Shown here: positions 10,904 through 22,859 of the stretch, piece by piece | How positions within the stretch are numbered: the stretch's first letter is position 1 | Layout of the letters: every line of letters begins with the position of its first letter | The notes under the pieces: model-generated | Told to the model about the DNA's origin: nothing | The model's database searches: none | What the model saw: the letters and a program-made list of their open reading frames with translations, nothing else | From: Ruditapes philippinarum | Lineage: Eukaryota | Assembly: GCF_026571515.1 (NCBI RefSeq) | Contig: NW_026865226.1 | Span: 1 to 64,000, forward strand | DNA length: 64,000 bases | Direction: 5' to 3' | Program-made: the position numbers and the translations under genes

Positions 10904-11752
10904 GTAAGTTATTGTTTAAATAATATGCAAATGTAACTAATTATATACTTATAGTAGTGATGGAAGGTGATTTCGAATCTGAAAAAAAATGATAAAAACT
11001 GCTTAGTTCACACTCGAACAAGCATTTTTTTATAAAGTCAACAATTATAGAAAAAAACAAGCATTTACGCATTATATATAATTACTCGTTCACAGTTATA
11101 TTTTCCTAAACATTCCAATGAAAAGGCATTTATCAATTTCTATGAAACGATATTCGAAACCTTTTCACATATTCTTGTTCTTATTTACTAAAATGGCATC
11201 GAAGGATATTACGTGTGCGTAGATAATGTAGTTTCAAAGCATTGGAACAAGAGCAAAAAGGAAGGCGGTATTGCTATCAAAAACGTCATAACCTGTATTT
11301 TAAATCTTATGATTTTTCAATGATGCTAAATGTAAGCATTTTGTTTGTTGACATTATGTCTATGATAAAGAAAGCATTGAAAAAGGCATATTTTCATTTT
11401 ATGCATAGTGTCATCTGCATTAATCTACATAGTAAAATTTTTATGCATATTTAAAACAGTATGACAATCATTTAGCTTGTACGCCTTTTTAGAACATTGC
11501 TTAAATGCCAACGAACGATATTAAGCGTATACGTATATAATGTAGTTGTTTGGTCGAAGCGTTGTCAGTTTGATTTTTTTATATTACACCTGAGGAGATA
11601 ATATACTCGTAATGCATTAGCTAAACGATGAAGTGTATAGACTAGAATAACTGTCAACTGCTTTTGAAATGAGGGAATTTTTTATTTTGTTATTTTTCTT
11701 TAAACATTATATTTTTATACATTAGATCCGTTTTAAAAAAAGTGTTAGATTT

Positions 11753-13531
11753 CAGAGCTGCATTACTGGTACTGGTACTGCAGTACGTACTGCAGCGATT
11801 TCACAAGTACTGGCACTGATACTTAATTACTCTTACAAAATGTTGCTACTACTGGTACTGGTAATGCATTACTGTCTTAAAAAGTGGTACTGCTACTGCA
11901 TTACAAGGCAGTACTTTGGTTTTGATAAAAATGTCATCAATTTTTCTCAAAACTTAAAGCTGTAAATTCCATGTACGAGGGGTTATCCAAAAACTCGTTG
12001 ACTTTTTAAATATCTCTTGAACGTCATCGTGTATTGTAATGTAAGTTTAGCAGCATACATTGTAGAATATTATCAACACATTTTGAAAGGAACAGTTAAT
12101 TATGTCAATAAATGATGATTTTATATTGCTTTTAAATAAGCACATACACGACACCCAGTGCGTGGTAGAAAAGCGCAGTAAGTCATCGTATATTTCTTGC
12201 TTAAAAAACTAAAATATTAACGTAGAAAACTCGCTGAACATCGCATGTTTCTTCTATGATGTCATTTAAGTAATTCTTTAAAGTAATTGATGTCATTTCC
12301 GTTTATTTTTGTTGATATCGCTAAAAATGCCAGACGCCGTTATTGTTTATAACGGGAAAATGACGGACACGCGGTAATTAGAAAATCGCACGATCATAAA
12401 CGATCATTAATATTTGTTGTAATTTGGAAATGACACCTACAAAAACATTTGATAAAAATCAGCAGACAAACAGAGAAAATAAAATTTCACGATTATTAGT
12501 GTTAAAGTGGCATAAAACATTTAGCGATAGACATTACTTTGAGAAGCAGTAACCGTCATTGACTGCGTAACGTTGTTACAAGTTGTACGTTAATAGTATG
12601 ACGTTGCCGTCAATAACCTTTTGGAGTCCGCCGTTGTCGCCGACATGTGTTGATGTAAAATAAAATATTGTTGTAATGTAAGAAGCTACTCACATGAATT
12701 GTTCTGTGTTTATTTGTTAATAATTCTTCTAAGCAGTGTAAGAATTTCAAATTAATATCTCAAATATATTTTACGCAACAAAGAAAGTCCACGAATGTTT
12801 GTATAACCCCTCGTTTAATTTAATTATTGTGAAAAGGTAAGTTATCAATATTCCTTCAAATGTTAACATAATATTCATCATAAAAAGAGGCACCAAAGAC
12901 TTGAATAAAAAACTAAATTGAGATTTACACACTCAGTAACTCTTATATCTTAAAATATCCTAATTACAATATTTTATTACTGTGTATTTACTAGTACAAA
13001 AGAGCAAAATATATAAACACTAATTAATTGCTTCTATTCTAAATAATCCTATTTCAAGTGATCTTGTTAGCACCATCAAAAGTTATTTACTTTGGTATAA
13101 ATTAAACAGAGGTGTGAAGGTGTGAAAAGCAACAAAAGACTCTTGTGTTTTAAATGAAAGATGATTGCATTGTATTACAGTTGACTGGTTTACTAAACAA
13201 CAAGATATGACATGAATATATGTTGTAAATATTGTTTTAAAATGTATGATTAATCATTGAAGTTGTAAAAATGTAATTTTTAACTTTAAAGTAAGTTATG
13301 ATTTTATTTCTTTGCTGAATTATGTTTGCAATTATTTTGTTTGACACTGTGTATTTATTCAAACTTTGATGAATATATAAAAGTAATGGTAATGATACTT
13401 AATTACTTCCCCAAAAAAGTACTGGTACTGCAGTACCAAGCTAAAATCTAGTACTGGTATGATACTACGTAACTTGGCAAGTACTGGTACTGGTACTTAA
13501 GTACCAAAACCCTAACACTGATGCAGCTCTG
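11753..13531. mobile_element. Non-autonomous hAT-type element
   Basis: TIR CAGAGCTGCAT / ATGCAGCTCTG; 8-bp TSD TTAGATTT (11745-11752, 13532-13539); subterminal GTACT/AGTAC repeats at both ends. Confidence 0.9.
11976..12813 (+). mobile_element. Internally deleted mariner element nested in the hAT element
   Basis: About 30-bp imperfect TIR CGAGGGGTTATCCAAAAACTCGTTGACTTT, preceded by TA; decayed transposase N-terminal HTH at ~12360-12535 (CCNLEMTPTKTFDK...ISRLLVLKWHKTFSD). Confidence 0.82.
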
Positions 13532-13754
13532 TTAGATTTTAGTGATATACTTCTCACAGGTATTTATTGGTTGAATAAGGATAGATATGACAACAAATAT
13601 GGTGTCTGATATTTATAACGTCTCATAAGATCAAAAGACATGCATGTATTATAATATTATTTAACAAAAGCTACCAATATACTTACACGAAATGTGGATT
13701 TTGAGACCAGATCTGAATTTACGGTGGCCAAAAATTGACATACGTGTGTTTTTA

Positions 13755-13968
13755 TTTATCTCGTGCGCACGAAATGCTATGTCTTTGCCACGAGTTACTA
13801 AGTCGTGGCCACCAGATCGCTAAGTCGTGGCCACGACTAAGTATCTCGTGGCCACGACTTAGTTATCTGGTGGCCACGAGATACTATGTCATGACCACGA
13901 GTTACTAAGACGTGGCCAAGAGATAGCTAAGGCGTGGCCACGAGATAACTAAGTCGTGGCCACGATTA
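13755..13968. repeat. Array of about 21-bp units with a palindromic core CGTGGCCACG (MITE-like)
   Basis: About 9 diverged copies of ctaagtcgtggccacgagtta / tatctcgtggccacgac. Confidence 0.75.
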
Positions 13969-14216
13969 ATACTGGATTGTGTCGGAGGCTTCGGTCTGTA
14001 AACGTCGCCTTGCCTTCTTGATCTTTATTCTTATTTTATATTAAAAATTTGGTTCTTTCATAATACAATTAATACATCACTACAACAAATGTTCTTCAAC
14101 TCATTAAAATTTGGAAAAAAATAAAGATACAAATTGAATTTATTGTAAAATACATGAAAGATTTATTAAAAGTATTAATTTTAATCAAAAGTATATTTTA
14201 CTTTATATTTTCATAG

Positions 14217-14483
14217 CAAATAGAATCGGTACATAAGGACTGGTTTGTTCCGAAAAAGTTGGGAAGTTATACGACCCGTTGTATAGAGCTGTGTTGGTTA
14301 TTGCACGTACAAACTCCACCTGTTGTTATTGACACGTGCGCCAAGCCAGGATCCAACTTTGATACTAGCAGATATAGACACTATACAAAAGCTGGAAAGA
14401 AAATAGACTTCGTTGTTTGGCAGGTATTGTTGTTGGAAGAAAGGGGAGCTATTTTGTGTAAAGGACCTGCTCAAGGTAAATAG
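14217..14483 (+). CDS. Terminal exon encoding a MIEAP (mitochondria-eating protein/SPATA18-like) C-terminal domain
   Basis: tttcatag| phase 0; YTTRCIELCWLLHVQTPPV...FDTSRYRHYTKAGKKIDFVVWQVLLLEERGAILCKGPAQGK* matches my recalled family pattern C..LCW.M.VQ.PP...FD...Y..Y...G..V..VVWP.L....G..L.KG; AATAAA at 14716-14721. Confidence 0.85.
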   Translation, partial: QIESVHKDWFVPKKLGSYTTRCIELCWLLHVQTPPVVIDTCAKPGSNFDTSRYRHYTKAGKKIDFVVWQVLLLEERGAILCKGPAQGK

Positions 14484-17400
14484 TGACACCTATCAGCTTA
14501 ATACAGTTCCTGCAGCATATTCAAAAGCACTGGGATATACTCTTTTTACATATATTCAGTTAATAACATTTTCGCACACATTATCTTATTAAAAACCGTT
14601 TTTATAAACTACTGTCTACTCTGGAGTGAGCATATACATATTAGTTAGCAAACAGTTTGTACAGCTGTGTCTGTGAACTAGATTCACTTTGTATGTTTAC
14701 ATTCCTTTCCTTGGGAATAAATACATGTAACAATTGCATGTTTGAATCTTTGGTAAGCATGGAATAACGATTATACATGCATTCAATGTATAAATATTCT
14801 AATTTTAGTTTAAAACATGTTTAATTTTAAGGAATATAAATGTGACTGTTATCGTTTAAGTGTGTTGATAAATTATTTTTTTATTCATAATCAAATCAGT
14901 CAGTCATGGATTAAGTATTTCATTATAATTTTAACGTTGATTAGTTTCTTATGTCACTACATAAAGTGTTTGATAAAAATGTATGTATGTAAGTATGTAT
15001 GTATGTATGAGAAAATTTAAATTTGTGTATATCAAAAACCAAAACGATTTTTTCATGTAATTAATGTTTTAAATTTTGTATATAGCTATCTATTGTAGTC
15101 AATCGATTTCATCAACTATAAAACTAAATTTGTAAATGATTATAACTTTTAAGCTATAATTTTAATTAAAAAACATTTTAAGGTTATATCTTATTCTACA
15201 ATACAGTTCTGCTTACATGGTCATTTTTAATTGAATGTTATTTGTTTTGCAAATAATAAGGGTAACAAAATTCTATTATGTGTGTGCATTTAATGTACCA
15301 AAGAGTTTTGTATTTTAAGAAATCGTACTACAAGAACATGTTGTTGCCATTCTTTGTTATTTTCTAACAACTCTCCCTCATATCTCTGAAGCAATGCCGA
15401 GCCTATCCCAGCATTCAAGGCATCACACTGTAAAATGAATTCTTTCGAAAAATCAGGCAGTCGAAGAATTGGACTCTTGGTTAGTTGCTCCTTTAAAGTA
15501 TGAAAAGCTCTTTCTTGCTCATCTCCCCATCGTACCCTGTTTGGTAAACCTTTCTTCGTTAAGTCTGTAAGAGGTGCCGCAATCTCAGCAAACGATGGTA
15601 TAAATCTTCTGTAATATCCGGCAAGTCCTAAGAATGCTCTAACTTGTCTATTTGAACTATGCCATTTCCCACCATATGTCCTGTAAAACCAATGTTGTTA
15701 TATCCTATATAACACTCCGATGGCTTTATGGTAAGGTCTGCTTCTGCCAATCTTTGGAGGATCTGCCGCAGCATTGTCATATGTTCTGTCCAGGTTGTTG
15801 TATGCCCTAATCATATCGTCAACATAGTTGTCAACAAAATCACACCCTGCCAAATAACTTCCGCATCATTCTGTTGAATGTGGCTCCAGAGTTTAACCAT
15901 ACCGAAAGGCCATTTTCTTGAATTGATAACTCCCTCTATCCGTTTGCAAATGCTGTAAATCTGCGGCAATTTTCAGCAACTGGGATTTGCCAATAACCTT
16001 TGCATAAGTCAATCTTTGGTAAAATACTTAGCATCTTTTCAGCTTTGCCATGATGTCATCTACGCTTGCCATTGGTTCGGTGTCAAATTTGGTGACGGCA
16101 TTCAGTCTTCTAAAATCAATAACAAAATCGATTACTCTCATCTTTCTTCTTGACAATGACTATCGGTGCGTTGTATTCCGACACAGATGGTTCTATCACA
16201 TAGCCTTTATCATATCTTGTATTTCATTTTCAACAGCTTGTCTCCATGGGGTACTGTTTCACTCTCACAGGAATTCTTTGTCTGTTAGTTCACGTGGTGC
16301 TCTATCAGTGGAGTTGTTCCTGGTTCGCTTTCTGAAAAACACTTCGCAAAACTCTTGAAGTATGGCAAGGACTTGCTTGCCTCTGTTAAGGAGTAAGTCG
16401 CTCACTGATTGATTGACATCTTGGTTATGTCTACTCGCACTTTGTGTAGTTAGGGAAGTCCCAGGAGACATTATCGTCGTCCACCGCTGCCATCTGAATT
16501 ATCTTCAACGTCTTCTATGATCGTTACAACTTACTGCCATCTTTATTTGGCGTTCTTCATATTTCTTCAGCAAATTAATGTGGGAACGTGCTTCAGCTTG
16601 TCTCCAATCTTGATTCTGTTTAAATCAAATCTATTAATTACTTCGACAACTTGAAACAGGTCCTTTCCATTGAAGGCATGCAATCTTATTATTGTCCTGT
16701 GGGTAAAAGCAGTAAGACTTTATCTCCAACACGCAAAACATTGTTTCGAGCTCTACTTGTTATAGTGATGCTTTATAGGTATCCTTGGCTTTCCAACAGG
16801 CTTTTTCTTGCTATCTTGCATGTTTTCCTGCCAAGCGCTGCTTCAGGGTTGAAGCACATACAGGTATGTATTCTGTATCTCTGGGTCATCTCCTTTGAGT
16901 CCACATCGTCCTTAGTATTTGCATTGGCCTCTTTAACTGGTTCTTCCATACACTGCAACTCAAACGGGGAAAAATCCTGTACTCGCGCTGTGGTACCTCT
17001 GCTGTATAGCAAATAATAGCGGCCGGTAAGTATCTACCTGCAGTGCTTCGGTGCTTTCCTGGCTACATGTTCCGCAGCATATTCTTTTAAGGCACATCCA
17101 TCATCTGTATACCGCTCAACAGACAATGCCGTTGCAGCTTTGGATTGTTAAGGTGTTGTGAAGAGTTGGCTTCACGCAGGATATGTAGTCGGCATATGCT
17201 CTCTTTCATGAGGTCTGCTGTATAATTTGACTGCCTCTGTACTTAGTAACTTTGAAGGAAATCGCTCACCCTTATATATAAATTGCAAGGGCAGTGCTTG
17301 CATAACAATTGCTCTCGTGTCTATTTTCGCCATGGGCTTACGGCTTTCAGGTACGTGTGGCAAAATCCTTAAGGCCACCGTCTAGATATATTCTGTTGTC

Positions 17401-19746
17401 CCCCCCCCGGCCGCTTAGCTCCGACAGCTGGTATATATGCGGTCTAATCAAGTCTATTGCACTGCGATGAATTAATGGTTGATGCATCTACCGCGCATGT
17501 CTCACTAGGGGGTAGCCGTTGCTATGCCCTGCGCCGATTTTGGGACTGGTTCTTCCTGGCTCAAGCTAACGTCAGCAGCGAATCTACAAAACGTCCACAT
17601 CTCTACCGTTATTTCCGGCTGGGCCAATGGAGAGCTTGTCAGGATTCTGTCCTCTGTCTTCTTAGATGACAAATGTCCAGCTAACAATGGGATTGCATGG
17701 GGCATGTTCGCATCATCATCTTACAAGTCCTGTTGGAACTAAGCAATCTGTTTTGAGTCATCAACCATTTTTCTGAAAAGTAAACCTCTATACAAGGGCA
17801 GCACTACGCGTTTTGCGCAGCGCAACCGTATTTTAAACTTGCTCGCATGCTTTGGTTTGCAAGCTTCTTTTCTGCTTCTCTATTGGCTAAGTCGCCAAGA
17901 CTTTCTTCAATGAAGAGTCAGCTTCTGGTATTCCTTGCAATTTTGTCTATGTCAACTTCAGCTTCGCAGGAAAGAGTTTTTGGAACAGTGCAACGCTGCT
18001 AGTTGGACGGTCTGCTTCTCTGAAATGCTGTGCTCTTGTCATGACTGCTGCAACAGGCCGATGGTATCTTTCTGTCACTTCGCATTCAGGATCGAGGCTT
18101 ATCTAAGTACTTCCGGCAACGTTATGCAATCACTAATCAGCATATTAATGACTTAAGGCACGCATTGCTCTATGATCTGCCAACATAGTTATATGTTGCG
18201 GATCGAAACCCTCATTATTTTTTCGCCAAAGGTACTACTGGCATCCTCCATCAATTGTTATGCATCAAACATGTTCTTTACCCGTGAATGTTGTTCTCCC
18301 TTTCACAACTTCTTCTTATTACGCGCCGCTAACTCAACATACCATATCTGCTGCATACACTCTAACTGCTATTGCTGCGCAATCAAAGCCGCTTTTTCAA
18401 CTCGGCAGGTTTCTTTCTTCTTCTGCGCAATAATGCGAATGGTAGCAGCTGTCCCCGCGAGGATCGGGCAGCAGTCTTGCACGGCGACCTGGCTAACCTT
18501 CAACTTTCCTTATGCTATGCAGGTTCTTGGTCTAGTGGGATTAAGGTCTGCTTTGGCAGCATACGGCTGGCTACCTTGCGGTTCACTTCTTACACTTCTG
18601 ATTTTGTTTGCCGACAATCTTTTTGGGCAATATTCTGGCCGTCTTGTTGCAAATACAAGCAGCACCCTATGCGGTGGCTTGGCTTGCTGTTGTTTTGTCC
18701 GGCAGTCTCTGGTAGATGGTGCGCGCCTTATTAACATAATAAAGCATGTGCTTCATTGGCAAGGAATTTCTGTTTCTGCGTGTCATTCCTGCTTGTATGT
18801 CTGCTGAATTATTTCGGCTTGGCCTTAGAAACCATTCTGCCTTGTTATTGGAACTGGAGTTAGCCGTCTGGCAAAAGCAGAAGAAGCCCTTTATGCGCTT
18901 CTATGTACTTGCTCTGAAAGGCGTGTTAACTCTCTATTGATGTCTGGCAGCTCTCGTCTTTGCAGGAAGGCGGCAAATCTGTGGAACAGCGCGGCTCGAT
19001 GAACTGTTCTTGATTAAGTAGCTCGCTTATTCGGGCATGAAAGGTCTGGCTGCTACTCGCAGCTATATCTGTGCGGCACTTTGTGAAATATCGTCTCAAA
19101 GCGGGCTCTGGTCAATGAAACTGAAAAACAGCTCACCAGGTTAGTGGTCTGCTCTGCTGAACTTCACCGGTGCCTGAAGACGCCTGCTGCACTGCAACTG
19201 GTATTGCGTTTTTAAGTATAGCCTCTTTTCAAGGTGTCATCTCGTTGGCTTCTTTCAATAGGCAATTTGTGTAATACTTCAGACCTTGCGGCATGTAAGT
19301 AATTGAGTCTAAAGCTCCTGGCCCAAGGGTGTCCTCTCTTCCGGCTGTCGTTGGCTGATGGGCTAAATGTTTTCAATCTCTGCCAGAAAGATCTCATATA
19401 TCATTTGCTTCATCTCATGCAGAAGTCTTAGGTATTCTTGTCTGAGGGAGCTTGCTTCCCTCAGCTGGTGGTTAGCTTTGGCTGGATTTGATCGCGCTGT
19501 CATCTCTGAGTAATCTTTTTCCTTGCATGCTGAGGCTAACATGTTATTTCGCATGCTGTCTTCTTGCTCTTCACGGCGCTTCGGGCCTTTTCCTCTCTGG
19601 CTAGTGCACTCCTTGCTTCGGCTTCTCTTGAAAGAAACAGATAATAAATCGCTGCCAGCGATAAGCGCTAGGCTTGCTCTCCTATTCTTAACGCATTCCG
19701 TCGTAAAAACATATTGCTCAGTTTTATGCAAAAGCTCTTTAAAGTG

Positions 19747-19766
19747 ATGCCCGGACGAGCCCTCCT
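19747..19766 (-). promoter_or_regulatory. tRNA-Pro PBS of element 2, with two single-base insertions
   Basis: Reverse complement AGG[A]GGGCTCGTCCGGG[C]AT, 4 nt after an ...ACA LTR-like end. Confidence 0.7.
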
Positions 19767-19879
19767 TAATTGTCTAAGTTTGGTTTCAGCTTTTGCAGAT
19801 TTTTATCGATATGCTGAGGGGCGGTATTTTGTGAGTTATAAGTTAAGAATCGGCTGGTACTCCTGGAATTGCTGCAGTA

Positions 19880-20520
19880 TTCAGACTTGCTGGACTATTG
19901 GACTTGCTGCACTATTGGACTTGCTTGCACTTATTGCACTAGGCTACGCTTCTTAGACTTGCTGCGTGTGCTTGGACTTGCTTCTATATAAGTGTGTTGG
20001 CTGCGGCTTCTTGTACTTGCTGCACTATTAGCATCTAGCGCACGCTTTTTTTAGACTTGCTGCGCTTCTTGGACTTGCTGCAAGAAGTTCTTTGGACTTG
20101 CTGCGCTTCTTGGACTTGCCTGCGCTTCATTGGAGCTTGCTGGGCGCCTTCTTTAGTACTTGCTGCAACTCATTGGAACTTGCTGTCGCGCTCCTTGGAC
20201 TTGCAGCGCTTCTTGGACTTGCTGCGCTTCTTGGACTTGCTGCGCTCTTGGACTTGCTGCGCTTCTTAGACTTCTTGGACTTTGCTGCGCGTTCTTAGAC
20301 ACTTGCTGCGCTTCTCTTGGAAACTTGGGGCTGCATTTCTTGGACTGTGTGCGGGCGCTTCTTAGACTTGATGGCGCTCCTTGACTTGCTTCTTTTCTGG
20401 GAAGCGGACCGTTCTTGAGACTTGGCTTCTTTACTGGGAGCGGACTCGTTCTTAGACTTGCTTCTTTACTGGGAAGCGGACCGTTCTTAGACTTGCTTGC
20501 TTTACTGGGAAGCGGACCGT
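19880..20520. repeat. Minisatellites within the putative LTR of element 2 (18-bp unit, then about 35-bp unit)
   Basis: More than 20 copies of CTTGGACTTGCTGCGCTT, then about 4 copies of CTTAGACTTGCTTCTTTACTGGGAAGCGGACCGTT. Confidence 0.85.
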
Positions 20521-22859
20521 TGGTTAAGGCTCAACTCTTCACTAGAAAGCCGACGCACGTTTTCTAGACTTGCTGCTTTATTCGGTTCCCTCACTGGACC
20601 TGCTTCACCAACAAGGGAGACTTGCTGAAAATTAAGCTTTGACAAGTATATATAAAGGCTTTCTTTTGCGAAAATCGAATTTTTTTTGCTCTTTTTTATT
20701 TGCCAATTTGCATTTGCAATATAAATACACATAACGCCGAAGCCGGTATAGAACGCCACAATTGGTGACGTCACGTCAAAAACTAATAATATAGATATCA
20801 AAAATGGCGGGACATTTGTGTTTGCTTTCATAAAATAAAATGGCTATTTTGACAAGTAGGATGTATTATTTTGGTTATTAATAAGTTAGAATTATACAAA
20901 GTGCGCTTTTTAATGATATGATAAGTGAAGTAGCGGAAAGGCATAAGATTTATTAGCGGTTTCCTGGCATACACATTAGTGCTTAGTACTGCGCGCGGAT
21001 AAAGTTTTTTCTTAGTCTTGAATAAAGTCCGTCTGTTTTTCTTAGTAGGGCTCTTTAGGGCGTGGGATTACTAGTAGTGATTAAGAGTCGCTGATTTTAT
21101 CCTCGGGTAAACCGAAATTTCTCCCTGACAAATAAACTTGGACATTGATCCTTTAATCATTTGTCTCTCGCCACTTATTCCGAAATCATGTAGGATTAGA
21201 TTTTAGATAACATAGTTTTGTATTTATACATGAAAATACTTTGTCATAAAAAGCACAGTAACAATTATTCCCACGGAGCATGCCAGGCTTAAGTCATTGA
21301 GTATTACTTTTTTGTTAATCTAAATTGATCTGTCTTGACCATTTATCTTGTCAATCATCCTTTCCAGGTACAAAAGGCCAAACATTCAAAACTCTTGGTC
21401 ACAGCTAAGAAATATATTAGTATAATAATATATATAATATAATTTAAAATATACTTAAAGACTGTCTAGCTTCTAATCAAATGCGAACATGGACACAGTT
21501 CTATTGCCATTATCGTAGTTATTGTAGATAATATTTACTAATTTTAAGATAATTATTCTTACGAATTTACATTTTTTAAAGGAATGTTGTTTTACAAACT
21601 AACATTTATTTGTAAAAAAAAAACGCTAATCAATGACGCAAGATTTAGAAGTATGTTTAATAAAGGTACTCGGCCGGAGTACACCTCCCTTATTCATAGG
21701 TTATTTCTGAATTTTAAATACATGGAGAAATGTTTACAATGTTTAGAAATGAATACAACTGTTTCATTACTAAACACAAATTATTTATAGTCCAATTCAT
21801 TTTACTTGTTGAAGCCTGTTGCGAAATAAGATCAACATATCATTATTCAAAAACTATTTGTTTTCTTAAAAGGACAATGAACGGATTACATTAATATTTC
21901 GATTCATGTACAATACATTTTCCTCATTGTCTCCAAATTTCTATTTATAGTTTAGACATAAGTGTTTAAATGTATACCTGTTACATTTAAAGTGACATAA
22001 TTTTTCGCTGTCAAACTGAGTTCAAGTTGTAATATATTATATTTCAAACGTTTTGCAATTATTTTGGTCATTGACCAATAATTGATATAGAAAATTGATT
22101 ATGATACAGTATATATACTACCTGGATTATGAAAACAATTGTCACATATTTTTTAAACCGATACATTTGCACGATATTTATAGTAATTTATGGTAGTAAC
22201 GTGTTTTGTTTGTTACTATCATTTTCGGTGTTTAATATATTATTGAACAAATTATGGCAAAATGTCAATATTGTTTATCTTTACATGTTAACTAACAATT
22301 TTAACTTGAATGGGTATATGAGTTTAACAAAGCGTTCGCAATTTGTTCGATTCTAACATAATTTCTATTTTATCATACATAATATTAAACGGTCAAGTAT
22401 ACAAAAATAACAATGTATGGATTTTATAAGTATATTAATATATACATTCAAACTATTTTAATCAGATAAATATAATAAGGTAAATAAATACATAAAAAAT
22501 GAAGCAAATAACCTACTTATTTAATGTGTGTTTCAAATTTCTTGTTTTTATATAGACAAAAATGTTTTGATGTTGAGATGAATTTGTAATATATTTCAAT
22601 ATATGGTATTATTACGGGGACAGACGTACGATTGATTATAAAAAATGTTTATGATACAATGACTGTTTAGTAACTGCATTAATTATAAGACTGTTCCACA
22701 CTTCTAAAGTATTCAGCGTTACCGATACATTCTGAACTTTATTATAGACATTTCTGGTGATCATGTGGATTTTTTATATTTTTTCCATTGTAAAATATAA
22801 AATTGAACAAAGTTATGGCAAAATGTCAATTTATTTTTTTCCGCCTTTTTAAAGAATAA

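Larger units (their letters stand above)
267..14483 (+). pseudogene. Gene copy 1: multi-exon coiled-coil protein ending in a MIEAP (SPATA18-like) C-terminal domain; 5' part outside the window; probably disabled
   Basis: Seven AG/GT-bounded phase-2 exons, each a multiple of 3 long (267-440, 976-1005, 1140-1235, 1555-1737, 2273-2428, 3034-3171, 10730-10903), splice into one open frame. Terminal exon 14217-14483 carries the MIEAP-C motif. Lesions: phase mismatch before the last exon, in-frame TAA at 3173, likely exon split by a hAT MITE. Confidence 0.7.
15365..20644 (-). mobile_element. Second Gmr1-like Ty3/gypsy element (different family), 3'-truncated in RNase H and riddled with indels
   Basis: Minus strand in order: putative LTR ~20644-19771, PBS 19766-19747, gag (~19710; LRRYFTK ~19090), CCHC remnant ~18740, protease ~18350, integrase (HAIPLLAGHL 17700, AIDLI 17450, FSPFEL 16965, VGDKVLLLLPT 16715), RT ~16300-15700, and a clean QVRAFLGLAGYYRRFIP...LQCDA at 15650-15420. 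The outer LTR boundary is tentative. Confidence 0.88.

Noticed and set aside
11190-11325. Candidate bridging exon for copy 1
   Set aside because: It has no convincing acceptor/donor pair and no similarity to copy 2 or the MIEAP pattern.
14217-14483. Naming the gene SPATA18/Mieap
   Set aside because: Only the C-terminal domain is similar; the architecture and tandem paralogy argue against one-to-one orthology.
16050-19956. Many short ORFs on both strands, including the 211-aa ORF 18172..18807
   Set aside because: Antisense or off-frame readings of the indel-riddled retroelement.
20057-20384. Leu/Cys-rich repeat proteins (ORFs 20057, 20092, 20160)
   Set aside because: These are translations of the 18-bp minisatellite.
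19880-20520. CRISPR-like array
   Set aside because: Units are head-to-tail with no unique spacers, there are no cas genes, and the context is eukaryotic.
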